A stretch of DNA of 64,000 nt, taken from the NCBI GenBank assembly GCA_964016885.1, contig OZ024744.1, forward strand, positions 73,160,001-73,224,000, written 5' to 3'. The notes below the pieces were generated by a model. That model saw nothing but the letters and a program-made list of their open reading frames with translations. It did no database searches and was not told the origin of the DNA. The translations under genes were made by a program, and so were the position numbers. How positions within the stretch are numbered: the first letter of the stretch is position 1; each line of letters begins with the position of its first letter. This DNA is from Eledone cirrhosa. Taxonomy: Eukaryota. Below, piece after piece: positions 50,140-64,000 of this stretch.

Positions 50140-51004
50140 TAGAATGAGAAATTATAGAAGAACTAGAAAGATTGAGGAGACAGGTTGTGGCGGAAACGAA
50201 AACAACATTTTTTTTAGGGATAAAAAAAACAGGTCCATTTATGAAGCCATTTGCAGGAAAATTATTGATTCTGGCGCTTTGAGTAAGATAATCCTGTTTT
50301 AAGAGGTGATAGAACATCCTATACAAAATCACCGACGGGTAGATAGCAGTAAAGTAATCTAAATCAAGAAAATTTCACATCTTTCCTTAGGGGTAGAATC
50401 TTAGTTAAGGAACCTGAAACTAAGGCTTCACTCTGGTTACTTACTAACATTCTACAGCTAAAGAAAGATGCTTGTGAAGTTTTCTTGTTTTAGATTACTG
50501 GGATCTACTGTTAAGCAAGAGAGGACGGATGATATATTTTGTTTTGTATCTAAAGTGGTCTAGTAGTTAGGGTGTTCGGCTAACAATCACGAGTGAATTC
50601 GAGAGTGAGTTCGATTCCCGGCGAATCGCTGAATCCTCGAGCACAACACTTTATTTCAGGCTGCTTAAGTTCATTCAGCCACAAAAAAAAAAAAAAAAAA
50701 ATGAGTTGTACCTCTATTTCAAAGGACCAGCTTTGTCATGCGGAATCTCTCTGAGAACGATGTTACGGACGCTTATGTCTGTGAAATGTCCAAGTTGTTC
50801 CGTTAAGCAAACAACTATGACACTCATCGTCGGAACTGACGGAGGTCCGACAATCTAAATAGTATATGATAAGCAACCAATTTCAACCCATCACTAAAGC
50901 TCTTAGGAACGGCATGAACATCACAACATGAATCCTGTTCTTCCGTTAATCAATTCATGTGTGATAGTTGATTAATCCCTCGATATCTCTGGTAATGAAA
51001 TATA

Positions 51005-51414
51005 ATTGTTTTTAGTTTAGGCACAAGGCTAGAAATTTTTGGGAAGGGAACATCGACTAAATGGACCCCAGTGCAAGGATGAAATGCAAAGTTCGAAAGG
51101 ATGAAATGCAAAGTTCACCTCGGCGGGATTTGAACTCAGACCATAATGGACTGTAATTATATGCTGCAACGCATGGTGTTAGACGCTCTACCGATTCTGC
51201 CAAACTACCGCCTTTAAATGAAATATAATTGTTTCTATTTTAGGCACAAGGCCAGCAATAACCCAGTACATTACAGGTACTTTATTTTATCGACCCCGTA
51301 AGGATGAAAGGCAAATTAACCTCGGCGGGATTTGAACTCAGATCATAAAGGGACGTAACTCTATGCTTCAAAGCATGGTGTCCGACTCTCTACCGATACT
51401 GCCAATCCACCGCC
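51005..51414 (-). mobile_element. Family A SINE pair
   Basis: 51005-51213 and 51227-51414; AATGAAATATAAT occurs at all three junctions. Confidence 0.88.
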
Positions 51415-52309
51415 CTTTAAATGAAATATAATGAAATATAATGCGAAAAAAAAACAATCTATTATTCAACGAGGAAAAAAAAAGCAAAAGTTTGAGAGGA
51501 TTAAAAATGCTGAAAATAAGTATTTTAATTAATATTATATTGCATTTAAATTATATTATTTAATTAGAAAAAGATAATCAAGATATTAAGTTTTCTTCTA
51601 TTTAGGACAGTGAAGGGAAAAAAATGAAGGCAGTAAAAAAAAAAAAAATTAATCGAAGGGAGACAAGTCGAGAGGAAGTTATTTCCCTTGTAACTTAATT
51701 TTTTTCTTTCGTTTTTCCCTGAGTATATTTTTTTCATTCTGTATCTGATGTGTTTAGAAATTAGTAGACAATATTTCTCATTGTGATCTCAACAACAAAC
51801 AAATCTGACTGCTATACAGCTTTACTTGTTTTCCATTCTTTCTTTATCATTTTTATGCTTATTTTGCCTCCTGTTGGCCTTTCCCATTTAATTTTTAAAA
51901 AATCTTATTTATATTTTTAATTTTTATATTCATTTATCTCTGTCTATTTTTTGTTTGTTTGTCAGTTGTAAGCAGTACTAGATACATCCCTTCATGACTG
52001 TCATGATTTACTATCTCTATACGGTCATTTAAATAGATTAAATAAATAAATATATAAATAATATAAAAGAATTCGTTGAATTCGTTATAAATAATATAAA
52101 AGAAATAGAGCAAAAATGAAAGAAGCCTTTATTTATTTATTTATTGAAATTAAACGTCCGTATAGAGTTAGTAAGCCATGGCAGACTAGGGGAAGAATCG
52201 AATTTTTACAATTTCGCTATACCATTTTGCTGGTCCTAGTAAGGTTATCTATACAATAGTAAGGTTATCTATACAATAGTTACACATTTTCAATACATAA
52301 CTTTGTGTA

Positions 52310-54485
52310 ACAACAACAATAATAATTATAATAATAATGAAATTATTGTGTAAAGTGCTCAGGTGCACTACAACTTGTCAAAGGTGCATGTATAGTATAT
52401 AGAATAATATACAAATTTCAGGGAAGTGAATAGTGTATGAGTCTTGATATACATGTGTGTATGTGTATGGAGGGGGAACATTAGGTGTGTTGTTGGCGAA
52501 CCTCAGGAAGCATGGAGGTTTTAAAGGATGCAATGTCTCGACAGCTAACAACTGATGCAGGTAGTTTGTTCCATGCTTCAGCAACTCTGAGCGTGAAAAA
52601 ATGTTTCCGAAAGTCATGGGAACTGTGCTGTTTTCTGACTTTGTGGGCATGCCCACGTGTGTTAGACACATGTAAATCAAAAAGGTACTCAGGGTTGTTG
52701 TTGGCAAGATGGTTAATAATTTTGTGAGTGTTTACCAAGTCAGTTGCCAGGCGTGGGAGCTTCAATGTATCCATGCCCAGGGAAGCAAGGCGTTCAGAGT
52801 ATGGTAGATGCCTGATGGAGGGTATTCGCTTGGTTGCACGTCTCTGAATAGTTTCCAGGCGGTCAATGTTCTGAGCAAGATAGGGGTTCCAGACTGGTGA
52901 TGCAAATTGTAAGTGTGGCCGCACCATAGCCATGTACAGCTTTAAATAGATAGCTGGAGAGCGGCTGACAAAGGTCTTGCTGAGTGATGCTAAGACACCC
53001 TCGGCCCTCTTGACAATTTTAGAGACGTGCTTCGTCCAACGCAAATCGCTGCTGACCGTAATGCCCAGGTCACGTTCACAAGAAGTCTTCTTGATATTAA
53101 TTCTGTGGAGGGAGTATGTGGACGCTGGGTTTTTACTCCCAAAATGCATGGTGGTGCACTTGTCCACAGCTAGCTTGAGTTGCCAGTCTGAGATTCATTG
53201 TTGCATTGTGTCCAGGTCAGACTGCAAGCAAGATCTATAGTGTTCAGGATCTGTTTTTTTTATCTCAAGGTACAACTTGATGTCATCTGCGTACTTCAGT
53301 ACTGTGGCATTCTTTAAGTTGGCATCTATGTCATTAATATATGCCACAAACAAAAAACGGGGCCAAGAACAGATCCCTGTTGTACACCAGATGACATCTC
53401 ATATGGTGAGGAATGCTGTCCCAGAACCGTGACTACCTCTCTTCAACCAGACTTCATCCTTCACACCCATTGCAGAGAGTTTTGCCATAAGCCTTTTGTG
53501 TGGCACAGAATTAAAAGCCTTCGCAAAGTCAAGGTAAACGACATCTACCCATGAGCCGCAATCAGTGATCCGGGTGATGTTTTCAAGAAACTCGATAAGT
53601 TGATCACAGCAGCTGGAGTTGGGGATAAATCCAAATTGCGAGGGCCGGATAAGACTGTGAGAGTTCCAGAAGTTCCAAAGTGTTTTGCTGACACAGGATT
53701 CCATCAGTTTGGCAATGCAACTAGTAAGACTGACTGGACGATAGTTCACAGGTGATGTGCGGTCACCCTTTTTGAACAGAGGAATGACACTGGCAGTTTT
53801 CCACTGTTCTGGAGTAGCACCGTTGTTCAGACAGAATTGGAAGAAGCGTGATAGCTGGTGCAGAAGGAAGTACGCACCACATTTGAGAAGCAGATACGTA
53901 ACACCACCAAGACCAGGAGAGGCATGGTTGCGTTTATTTTTTAGGTGACGCCGCAGCATTGCAGGTGTAAATTCCATGATTGTAATAGAATCCGGTGTCA
54001 TGGGTGGTGGGGACGGTACACTCTGGTCTTCAATAGTGAAAATGCCTGCATAGCATTCAGCAATGAGCTCTGCGCATTCCTTGGGGTCGACAGTAACCTG
54101 GCTTGTGTGGGGATTGCGAAGAGGACCAACTGGAGAGTGAGGCCTCTGCTTTGAGTGAACATACTTCCAGAATACCTTACTGTCAGGGCTGGTTGCTATG
54201 CGCTGCTCAAATTGAAGCACTGCCTTTTTTGTCACCTGTTTGAGGTGGTTGGACGATCTATTTCGCCTCTTCCTATTGATGTCTGATTTATGCAGTTTGT
54301 ACTCACGTTCAGCATTACACCGTTCTTTTCTGGCAAGACGGACTGCTGCAGTCTCCCAAATTGCACTTTTGGGATGTTTTTTCCGCTTACGTGGCACCGA
54401 TGCTGCACATGCTGTCCATATTGAGCTCAGGATGTTCTGGTGTACATATATAACAGACTTACAGGAGGTTTGAGCAATACGTGTC
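52310..54485 (-). mobile_element. CR1-clade LINE, 5'-truncated and internally deleted
   Basis: KKGDRTSPVNYRPVSLTS, VYLDFAKAFNSVPH, KYADDIKL, ERDLGI, VRPHLQFASPVWNPY, TRGH, HFFTLRVAEAWNKLP; (ATT)n tail. Confidence 0.92.
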
Positions 54486-54561
54486 AACAAACAAATGAAC
54501 AAAACAACAACAACAGCAATAATAATAAGAAAAATGACAATAACAATAATATATACATATG

Positions 54562-54668
<107 letters not shown>

Positions 54669-55243
54669 GCATTGGTTAAGTTTAACGTCCTCGAAATTGA
54701 AAGTGGATTTTTTGACAAGTGAACGTGCTTTTTTTTTTTTTTACAGTGAAATTTACGATACACTCTTTGTTTATTTACAACAGGTCTCTATAGTGATATG
54801 GTGTTAATTAGTATTGCGTGTGTGATTATTTTCTCTTATATATATATGTGTGGGTGTGTATATGTGTGTATATATATGTGTGTATGTATGTGTGTCTTCT
54901 TCTTCCTCTTCTCTCCTTTTTCTTTCTCTCTCTCTCTCTTCCCCCCCCCCCCCCCGTCAAACTTGGGCGAAATTCTTTCCTTGCTCACATTTCTACCAGG
55001 TTCGATGGTCTTTCGTCTCTTGTTCACGATTTCACAGAGTTTATATTCATAGAGATCTGGGACTTGTCTATTTCTACTCACTTTCCGTTGCTTAAACCCT
55101 TTTGTTGTTACTCTAGCGTCCCCCTTTATTTACGTGTCCCAACGACTTTTTTTAGCCGTTGTTCGCACCAACCTGAGGCATATGGCCCTTAAAGCGATGA
55201 AATGCCGAGGACGGTTGGAGGGTCACTGATGAAGGACTCACTT

Positions 55244-55312
<69 letters not shown>

Positions 55313-55987
55313 CTAAAGGGATATTCAATTTGTTGGTAATATTTTTTCTTCCTTGAATTTCTTCTTTCTTCTCTCCTTCCGTGCTCGCATTAAACCTATT
55401 ATTTACTTTTTCCAATTACAATATATAGAAACAAACTTGGACCCTAATTAATTCCTCTAAGTTCACATAATTCATTTAACCTTATCTTCATTCACCTTAT
55501 CTTCTTAATATATTTTATTTTAACAATACATTTTAATAAATTCCTTTTCGCACATCTTATTAAACCCTTCAATATATAAACCTTAAATAAATAGTATTCT
55601 TAATTCCTTTTTCTTTAATCATAAACATCACCATTCATAAACCTCATTAACTTTTAATTTCTTAATTTTTTTTAAATTCTTACAACGGGTTTTTTAAATT
55701 TCTCTCTGTGAGACAGTGTTTCTCAGTATTAAAGGTTATCCCTCTCTCTCTCACTCATTTTCTCCTCCTCTCTCATCCTTCCTTCTTATACTCCTCCTCC
55801 GTCATCCTTTCCTTATTATTATATTTTTTTCTTATTATATTCTTTCTACCTCTTCCTTACCTTTTCCTCCCCCCCTTCCTTTCCTTTTTTCCCCAATCTC
55901 ATATATCCATCTTATTTTATTTTTCATATGTTGATTTAACACTTCACTGCTCGCAAGTGTTTTTTAAGCTTCATATCATGTCTCATT

Positions 55988-56056
55988 ATTTTATCTGATG
56001 AGAACGCAAATATCATCCCATGATGATATTTGTTTTTGAAATGCGCATAATAAAAT
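55988..56056 (+). ncRNA. Minimal type I hammerhead ribozyme
   Basis: ATTTTAT-CTGATGA-GAACGCAAATATCATC-CCAT-GATGATATTTGTTTTT-GAAA-TGCGCA-TA-ATAAAAT. Confidence 0.85.
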
Positions 56057-56177
56057 ACATGGAACTCTTTAACCATCTTTTGATTTTATATTATTTATAC
56101 TCCAGTATTTATACTCCAGTAGAGTGCTACTTAGCCGATATTTGCATTGCTTTATTGAGCTACAATAAAACTCACCT

Positions 56178-56369
<192 letters not shown>

Positions 56370-56442
56370 TATATATATATATATATATATACATATACAT
56401 TTTGGCTCCCTCGGTTGAGCACTCTATTAATTTATATTCATC

Positions 56443-58561
56443 ATGCAGAAAGAACATCTGAATATTTCTACAAAGAACATACCCGTACCAAGCAGGAAAA
56501 CATACCTAAAACTCCTGATACAGAAAACAGACGCGTTCATTAAAAGGTTGCGTGGGCGTGCCTTTTATTTCGATAATCAGGGAAAAACGGACAACAAACA
56601 GGATAAATTTGGGTTTAAAACCTACAATAACCCTCCGAGTAACCCACCATTGCTACCCTTCGAAAATGATGTCTTGGAACTCAATCGGAGTATCAAATTT
56701 CGGAATAGGAGCAATTCCTTCCAGAAGGACTTGAAGAATAGAATCGTTCTATTAAGGATTCTAATGCCGTGCATGTTCATTCCGACAAAACTGGCAACCT
56801 ATATCAAGTGGAGCGCAGTACTTACCATCAACTGCTACATAATGCTGTAACTAAGGATTACCGTAAAACTAATCGGGGCGTCATTAATGAAATCAACGAT
56901 GCTGGGTTTAAAATCACCTCTGATCTCAACACACAGGACCGGACTGAACTTCTGGACCCTATTTCTCCCCACTTTACCCTGAAGGATCACAAATCCGATT
57001 TCCCGAACAACCCCTCTATTCGGCTTATTAACCCTACGAAATCCGATTTAGGTAGACTTAGTAAAAGGATTTTAGATATAATTATACCTGAAATTAGAAG
57101 TTTGGCCCCTCTTGTACTGTGGAATAATTCTTTCGCGGTGATTGATTGGCTCAACGGCATATGCAACAAGGAATATTGCCGTTTATCCAATTCGACATCA
57201 TAATTACTACTCCTCCATCACTTTACCACTTCTTCTTAGAGCTATCAATTTCGCTAAAACACTCACAGTGGTTAAGGATTTTTAAGGTGATGTCATCTTC
57301 AATGCCCGTAAGTCGGTGATTAATTTCGACGACTCTATTTGGATTAAAAAATCTAATAGTACCCCATTCGACGTGAGTATGGGCGCCAGCGATTCTGCGG
57401 AGGTTACTGATCTTATCGGCCTTTTCCTTCTTTTCTCTATCAAGGAAGAATTGTCCAACGTGGGCGGTGGTTTGTACCATGATGACGGTCTTTTGACCAT
57501 GACAAAGTGCGGCCCATATGCTTGCGATAGGTTTAGAAAAGAACTCATAGCCTTCTTTAAAGGTTTCAACCTCTCCATACAGGTTGAGGCCAACCTCTCG
57601 CTCGTTAATTACCTCGACGTTACCCTCAATTTGTCGAATGGTTTGCATTACCCATATAGAAAGCAGAATGATACGCTTAATTACATAAGTAAGCATTCTA
57701 ACCATCTTGCCAGCATAACCAAGAACCTGGTAAGAAACGTTTCTTTGAGGCTTTCCCGTCTATCGACAAACGAGCATATTTTCACCGACCATTCCACATA
57801 TTACAATAAAGCTCTTGCTCGGAGTGGATTTGTCGATAAGGTAGCATATACAGAGAATGAGAACAGACCTAGGAAAAATAGATCCCAACGCATTATATGG
57901 TATAACCCACCATATAATATGGAGGTGGCCACACCATTAGCTAAGATCTTTCTCTCCCTTATTATGAAGCATTTCCCCCAGCACATAAATATAGTAACAT
58001 TTTTAATAGAAATACCATTAAAATTTCTTACTCTACGACTCCTAACCTTGCACATAACATCACAGCTTCAAATTTAGCTAAATTACCTAGCCGTAGGAAC
58101 ACGTGCAACCCTGTAGCTAGTACTAACTGTAATTGTAGGAATCGGGTTGACTGCCCCCTATCCGGAAAATGCCTCTCTAGTAACATTGTCTACAAGTGTA
58201 AGGTTGAAACACCACGTCCCATAGGGCCTACATAGGGTTAACCGCCAATAGATTCAAACAGCGTCTTTACATGAATACCCATTCTTTTCTTAACCCTTTA
58301 AGAAGTAATATGACGTCACTTTCAGCTTATATCTGGAGTCTAAAAGACAACCACACCCAATATAAGTTACACTGGGAGATCCTAGCTAAGGCTAGATCGT
58401 ATAACGGAAATAAAAGACCATGTGACCTCTGCGCGGCTGAGGAAATACTCTACGCCAAAGACCACATCTTAAACAAAAGATCTGAGGCAATTTCGGCTTG
58501 TAAACATAAATTGCACAAAACTTTCCTGTATTACAGCCCCACATTATACCCTAACAGATAG
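56443..58561 (+). mobile_element. Penelope-like element ORF (RT + Cys-rich linker + GIY-YIG), frameshifted
   Basis: SDKTGNLY, TLKDHK, IRLINPTKSDLG, FDVSMGASDSAEV, GLYHDDGL, NYLDVTL, CNCRNRVDCPLSGKC, NIVYKC, YIGLTANRFKQR, CDLC...LNKRSE...CKH. Confidence 0.93.
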
Positions 58562-58960
58562 TACGAACTATACGCGGATATTTTACGTCTTGATGTGGTA
58601 GCTAAGTATATGTTATGTTTATACCATTACTTATTTGTATAGGTAAGTATATATTACCTGTATGTTTTGTGAAGGTACGTATACTTTCTCGTACGTATAT
58701 TTGCTTGTATATGTTATAGGCGTATATATTATATTATATATACTGGTACATGTGGATATGGTTATGTGTATACGTGAGTTTTGCATCTGTGTGAGTATGC
58801 GGGTTCGTACGTATGTAGGGTGTGTGTATATGTGCACTTTGTGTTTTGGATGACGTACGTTTAGCGAACATATGTGTATTTACATGTAGGTATGTGTGCG
58901 CGCGCGTTATATACGTATTTATGTGTATATATTTATATACGTTTATATAATTATATGTAT

Positions 58961-59054
<94 letters not shown>

Positions 59055-59472
59055 TCTTTTACTTGTTTCAGCCATCCGGCTGAGTATATATATTTTTATA
59101 TATATTTTTGCGTGGGTTCTGTATGTGCGTGTTCTTTTTGTGTAAGTGCGTGTTCTTTTTGTGTATGTGCTTGTATTTGCATACCCATGGCGGGTGTTTT
59201 CGTGTATGCCTGTGTATGTACGTATATGGATGCGTGTATGTATATATTTAATTTTTGTTGATTTCAATTACCTCTGTAATTTATTTATATTATTCTTAAC
59301 TCTGAAGCTGAGAGTCATTCTTTGCGTGTAATTGTTCTCATCGCCCAACAAAACGACGTATTTTTCATGTTCTTTGCCAGGGAACGTTTCTACGAACCAA
59401 CGTATCGTCTCCCTGTTCGGTTGCAACGTTTTTCGAAATATTTACTTCTACGTTCACAGATTGATTCTTTTT

Positions 59473-59522
59473 AGTTCAGAAGATCCCGTTAAGGGTGAAA
59501 GCAGCGAATCTCTGCTTAAACT
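59473..59522 (+). ncRNA. Hammerhead-like fold with U4A core, downstream of the PLE ORF
   Basis: AGTT-CAGAAGA-TCCCGTTAAGGGT-GAAA-GCAG-CGAATCT-CTGC-TT-AAACT. Confidence 0.6.
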
Positions 59523-59533
59523 TTAATCTGTTA

Positions 59534-59607
<74 letters not shown>

Positions 59608-59630
59608 GTATAAAAAACAATACAATATAA

Positions 59631-60702
<1,072 letters not shown>

Positions 60703-60919
60703 AAAAGGCAGAGTTAATAACTCATACTGATACTCTGTAATTCTCAGGCCGAAATAGATTAAATCCCTAATCTGTCCGGGAGATGTAGTAGTTATTGTGG
60801 CGGTCTGTATATATTTAATTTTATGTATATTCCGTTTGCTTCTGGTTAAATTTCTCAAACAAATGTGGTATTTCAACCCTCGTAATTTTAGACACACGAT
60901 TCACTGTGTTTATTACTAC

Positions 60920-61018
<99 letters not shown>

Positions 61019-61104
61019 TAGAAGGTAATATCCGTAGTGGTAGAGCACTCAGTCCATGGGACGAGCTAGGTAGAAGTGGTTACATAACAGTTAGTTCACC
61101 ATAC

Positions 61105-61142
61105 CGAGAACAATTGTTTCACCTTAGTGGATCATCAGCTCG
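61105..61142 (-). ncRNA. Minimal type I hammerhead
   Basis: CGAG-CTGATGA-TCCACTAAGGT-GAAA-CAATTG-TT-CTCG; homolog at ~27008-27035 has the core deleted. Confidence 0.75.
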
Positions 61143-61182
61143 TGATGGACATGGTTATATGGAACAGGCCTGTTCCGTATAA

Positions 61183-61244
<62 letters not shown>

Positions 61245-61249
<5 letters not shown>

Positions 61250-61428
61250 AACGAGTAGGACCCCGACGGCTGAGCTCAAGCCGTTTTGACGGCTAATTCT
61301 GGTCCAGAATTAGCTGTCGAAACGGCTTGAGCTCAGCCGTCGGAGTCCTACTCGTTCCTATTACCCGCTCTACTATTGAGTACTTTGGTGCGTTATGGTC
61401 CATCTGGTTCCTTACCACATTTCCTTCG

Positions 61429-61471
<43 letters not shown>

Positions 61472-61759
61472 AATAAATGTAATGACTTTTTTGAATATTA
61501 ATAACAAACGATTCGTTTGCAATTATGCAAACAAGCCTCATTTTTAAAGCCATGTCAGTAGAATGAACCCTTCATTCTTGCTCTTGTGTTGGCATGTAAA
61601 CAGAACTGCAGTTCTGTTTACATGCCAACACAAGAGTAAGAATGAAGGGTTCATTCTACTGACATGGCTTTAAAAATGAGGCTTGTTTGCACAATTGCAA
61701 ACAAATCGATTGTTATTATTAATATTCGAAAAAGTCAGATTACATCAGCCATGTAGAGC

Positions 61760-61818
<59 letters not shown>

Positions 61819-62045
61819 CAAAAGTTCTATTTAAAATTGTTGGGATACAACAAGTAAATATTTTTATAACTCATATAAAGCACTCGACAAGTATTTGGAG
61901 TAGATATACGATATTAATAAATGGAAACTATATTTATAAAACCATATTTATTTCATTATACATATTTCAGGGATACCAAATTAAATATGTATAATGAAAT
62001 AAATATGGTTTTATAAATATAGTTTCCATTTATTAATATCGTATA
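61245..62045. repeat. Three separate palindromes (61245-61361, 61477-61745, 61904-62045)
   Basis: Directly visible reverse-complement arms of about 57, 133 and 62 bp, separated by (TA)n. Confidence 0.93.
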
Positions 62046-62047
62046 TA

Positions 62048-62136
<89 letters not shown>

Positions 62137-62424
62137 ACATAGAAATAGTCGGGCTGGACACCCGATCGCGCGGTTAAACCACTGGGAGTGAAGCATAACA
62201 ATATCATATGTAAGAAACTTATTATTTATCTATGCAGGAACCCAATAATTTCAATTTATATTCAGTGTTTGTATTATATCTTGATTTATATAGTAATATT
62301 TTTACCTTATTATTTAGCAATGATATAATGTGACTTGTAATCTCACACTAAGATTATAAATTCACAAGCATATATGTATATCTATATATGTGTGTGTATG
62401 TGTGTGTGTGTGTGTGTTTGTATC

Positions 62425-62523
<99 letters not shown>

Positions 62524-62635
62524 GGTGAGAGAAAGAAAGAGAGAGATAGAAAGAGAGTAAGAGAGAGGGAGAGAAAGAGAGAGCGAAGGAGAGAAAGAGT
62601 GTCAGAGAGACAGAAAGAAAGAAAGATAGATAGAT

Positions 62636-62723
<88 letters not shown>

Positions 62724-62845
62724 GTGTATATTAAAACATAAAAACATTTAATACGTTTATATACAATAAATAAATGGGATCCTCGCTGCCGAAGAAAAAT
62801 ATTTTTTCATAACGAAACGAAATATATATATATATCATCCGCAAG

Positions 62846-64000
62846 GAATTGCATAAAAAATACAGGAAAACTAATGAAGCCACACTTAAAAACATCAACA
62901 ACTCGGCATGTGATATTGTTAAAAAACTTTGTATTGACGATAGAACGCAACCCTTAACACCAGCTATACCATCCTTCAACCTGAAGGACTACAAGGTAAA
63001 CTTCGATACTAACCCTAATATTAGACTTATATGCCCCTCTAAATCTGATATAGGTAAAATTAGCAAATATATACTAGACAGAATTATCCCCCAAGTTAAG
63101 GTTAAAGTAGAGATTAAACTATGGGGTAACACTCATGAAGCAATAAGGTGGTTTAATAACATTACTGATAAGAAAAAATCAAAATTTATTCAGTTTGATA
63201 TTGATGAATATTATTCCTCAATTTCACCTGATACTCTACATGAAGCTCTTTCGTTCGCTAAGGATAATTCCGACCTTACGGATGCTGAAATTAAAATTAT
63301 TATGGAAGCGAGAAAAACTATAGTTAAATTCGATGATAGCTACTGGGTTCGCAAAGATAGACCTTCTAATTTTGATATCACTATAGGTTCTAATGATTCG
63401 GCGGAAGTAACAGATCCTGTGGGAATTTATATCACCCACAGATTACAAGGAAAATTCAAGGATCTCCACGGTGGAATTTACCGTGACGATGCGCTCCTAT
63501 TAGTTAAGCATATGAATAACCAGAATTTAGAAAGGATGCGTAAAAATATCAGAAAGCTTTTTAAGGAACTAGGATTAAATATTACATTTGAATATAACCT
63601 CAAAGAGGTCAATTTCCTTGATGTTACTTTCAATCTCAATACAGATACGATTAAACCGTTCCATAAACTAAATGAGAACCTTAAATATGTAAATACGAGT
63701 TCTAACCATCCACTCTCTATAATTAAATCCATCCCTAGAAATGTTTCTCTTAGGATCTCCCGCCTATCGTCCAACCAACAAACCTTCAAAGAACATGCCG
63801 AGTATTATGATGATGCACTTAGGAAAGCCGGTCACCTAGATAATATAGAGTATATAGTCAAAGATCACCAAAACACCCAAAATAAATCACATAGGAGTAG
63901 AAATAGCACAGAATCACCACCATACATACACTACCGCAATAGACACAATAATAGTCGCACACCACCAAACAGAAGGCGATGTAAGGAGTATATTTGGTAT
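62846..64000 (+). mobile_element. Penelope-like RT ORF, 5'-truncated, running off the window end (not in ORF track)
   Basis: KKYRKTN, IRLICPSKSDIGKISK, FIQFDIDEYYSSI, FDITIGSNDSAEV, GIYRDDAL, NFLDVTFNL; paralog of the 56443 element. Confidence 0.9.

Overview
This is AT-rich, repeat-saturated animal (eukaryotic) DNA. The SINE/LINE repertoire and microsatellite load suggest a mollusc, probably a cephalopod (inference only). I can support no host gene, rRNA, true tRNA gene or CRISPR array, and most ORF-track entries are microsatellite artefacts. Recognisable elements are: a Tx1/L1-type LINE fused to a mariner end, three Penelope-like elements (PLEs), a near full-length RTE LINE with SINE, deleted and minisatellite derivatives, two R4/Dong-type RLE retrotransposons in (TATG)n tracts, a CR1 LINE, two Helitron derivatives, TTAA-, hAT- and mariner-type MITEs, and many tRNA-derived SINEs. 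The unexplained layer is a dense set of type I hammerhead ribozymes (HHRs), about 19 full-length folds from about 11 sequence families, mostly in short non-coding units within (TA)n tracts. They include a ~595-bp tandem repeat with a U3-A8 covariant core (retrozyme-like), U4A and U4C core variants, long palindromes with an HHR on each strand, and a shared GAGTRCY motif downstream. All folds were read by eye and none is tested for activity.
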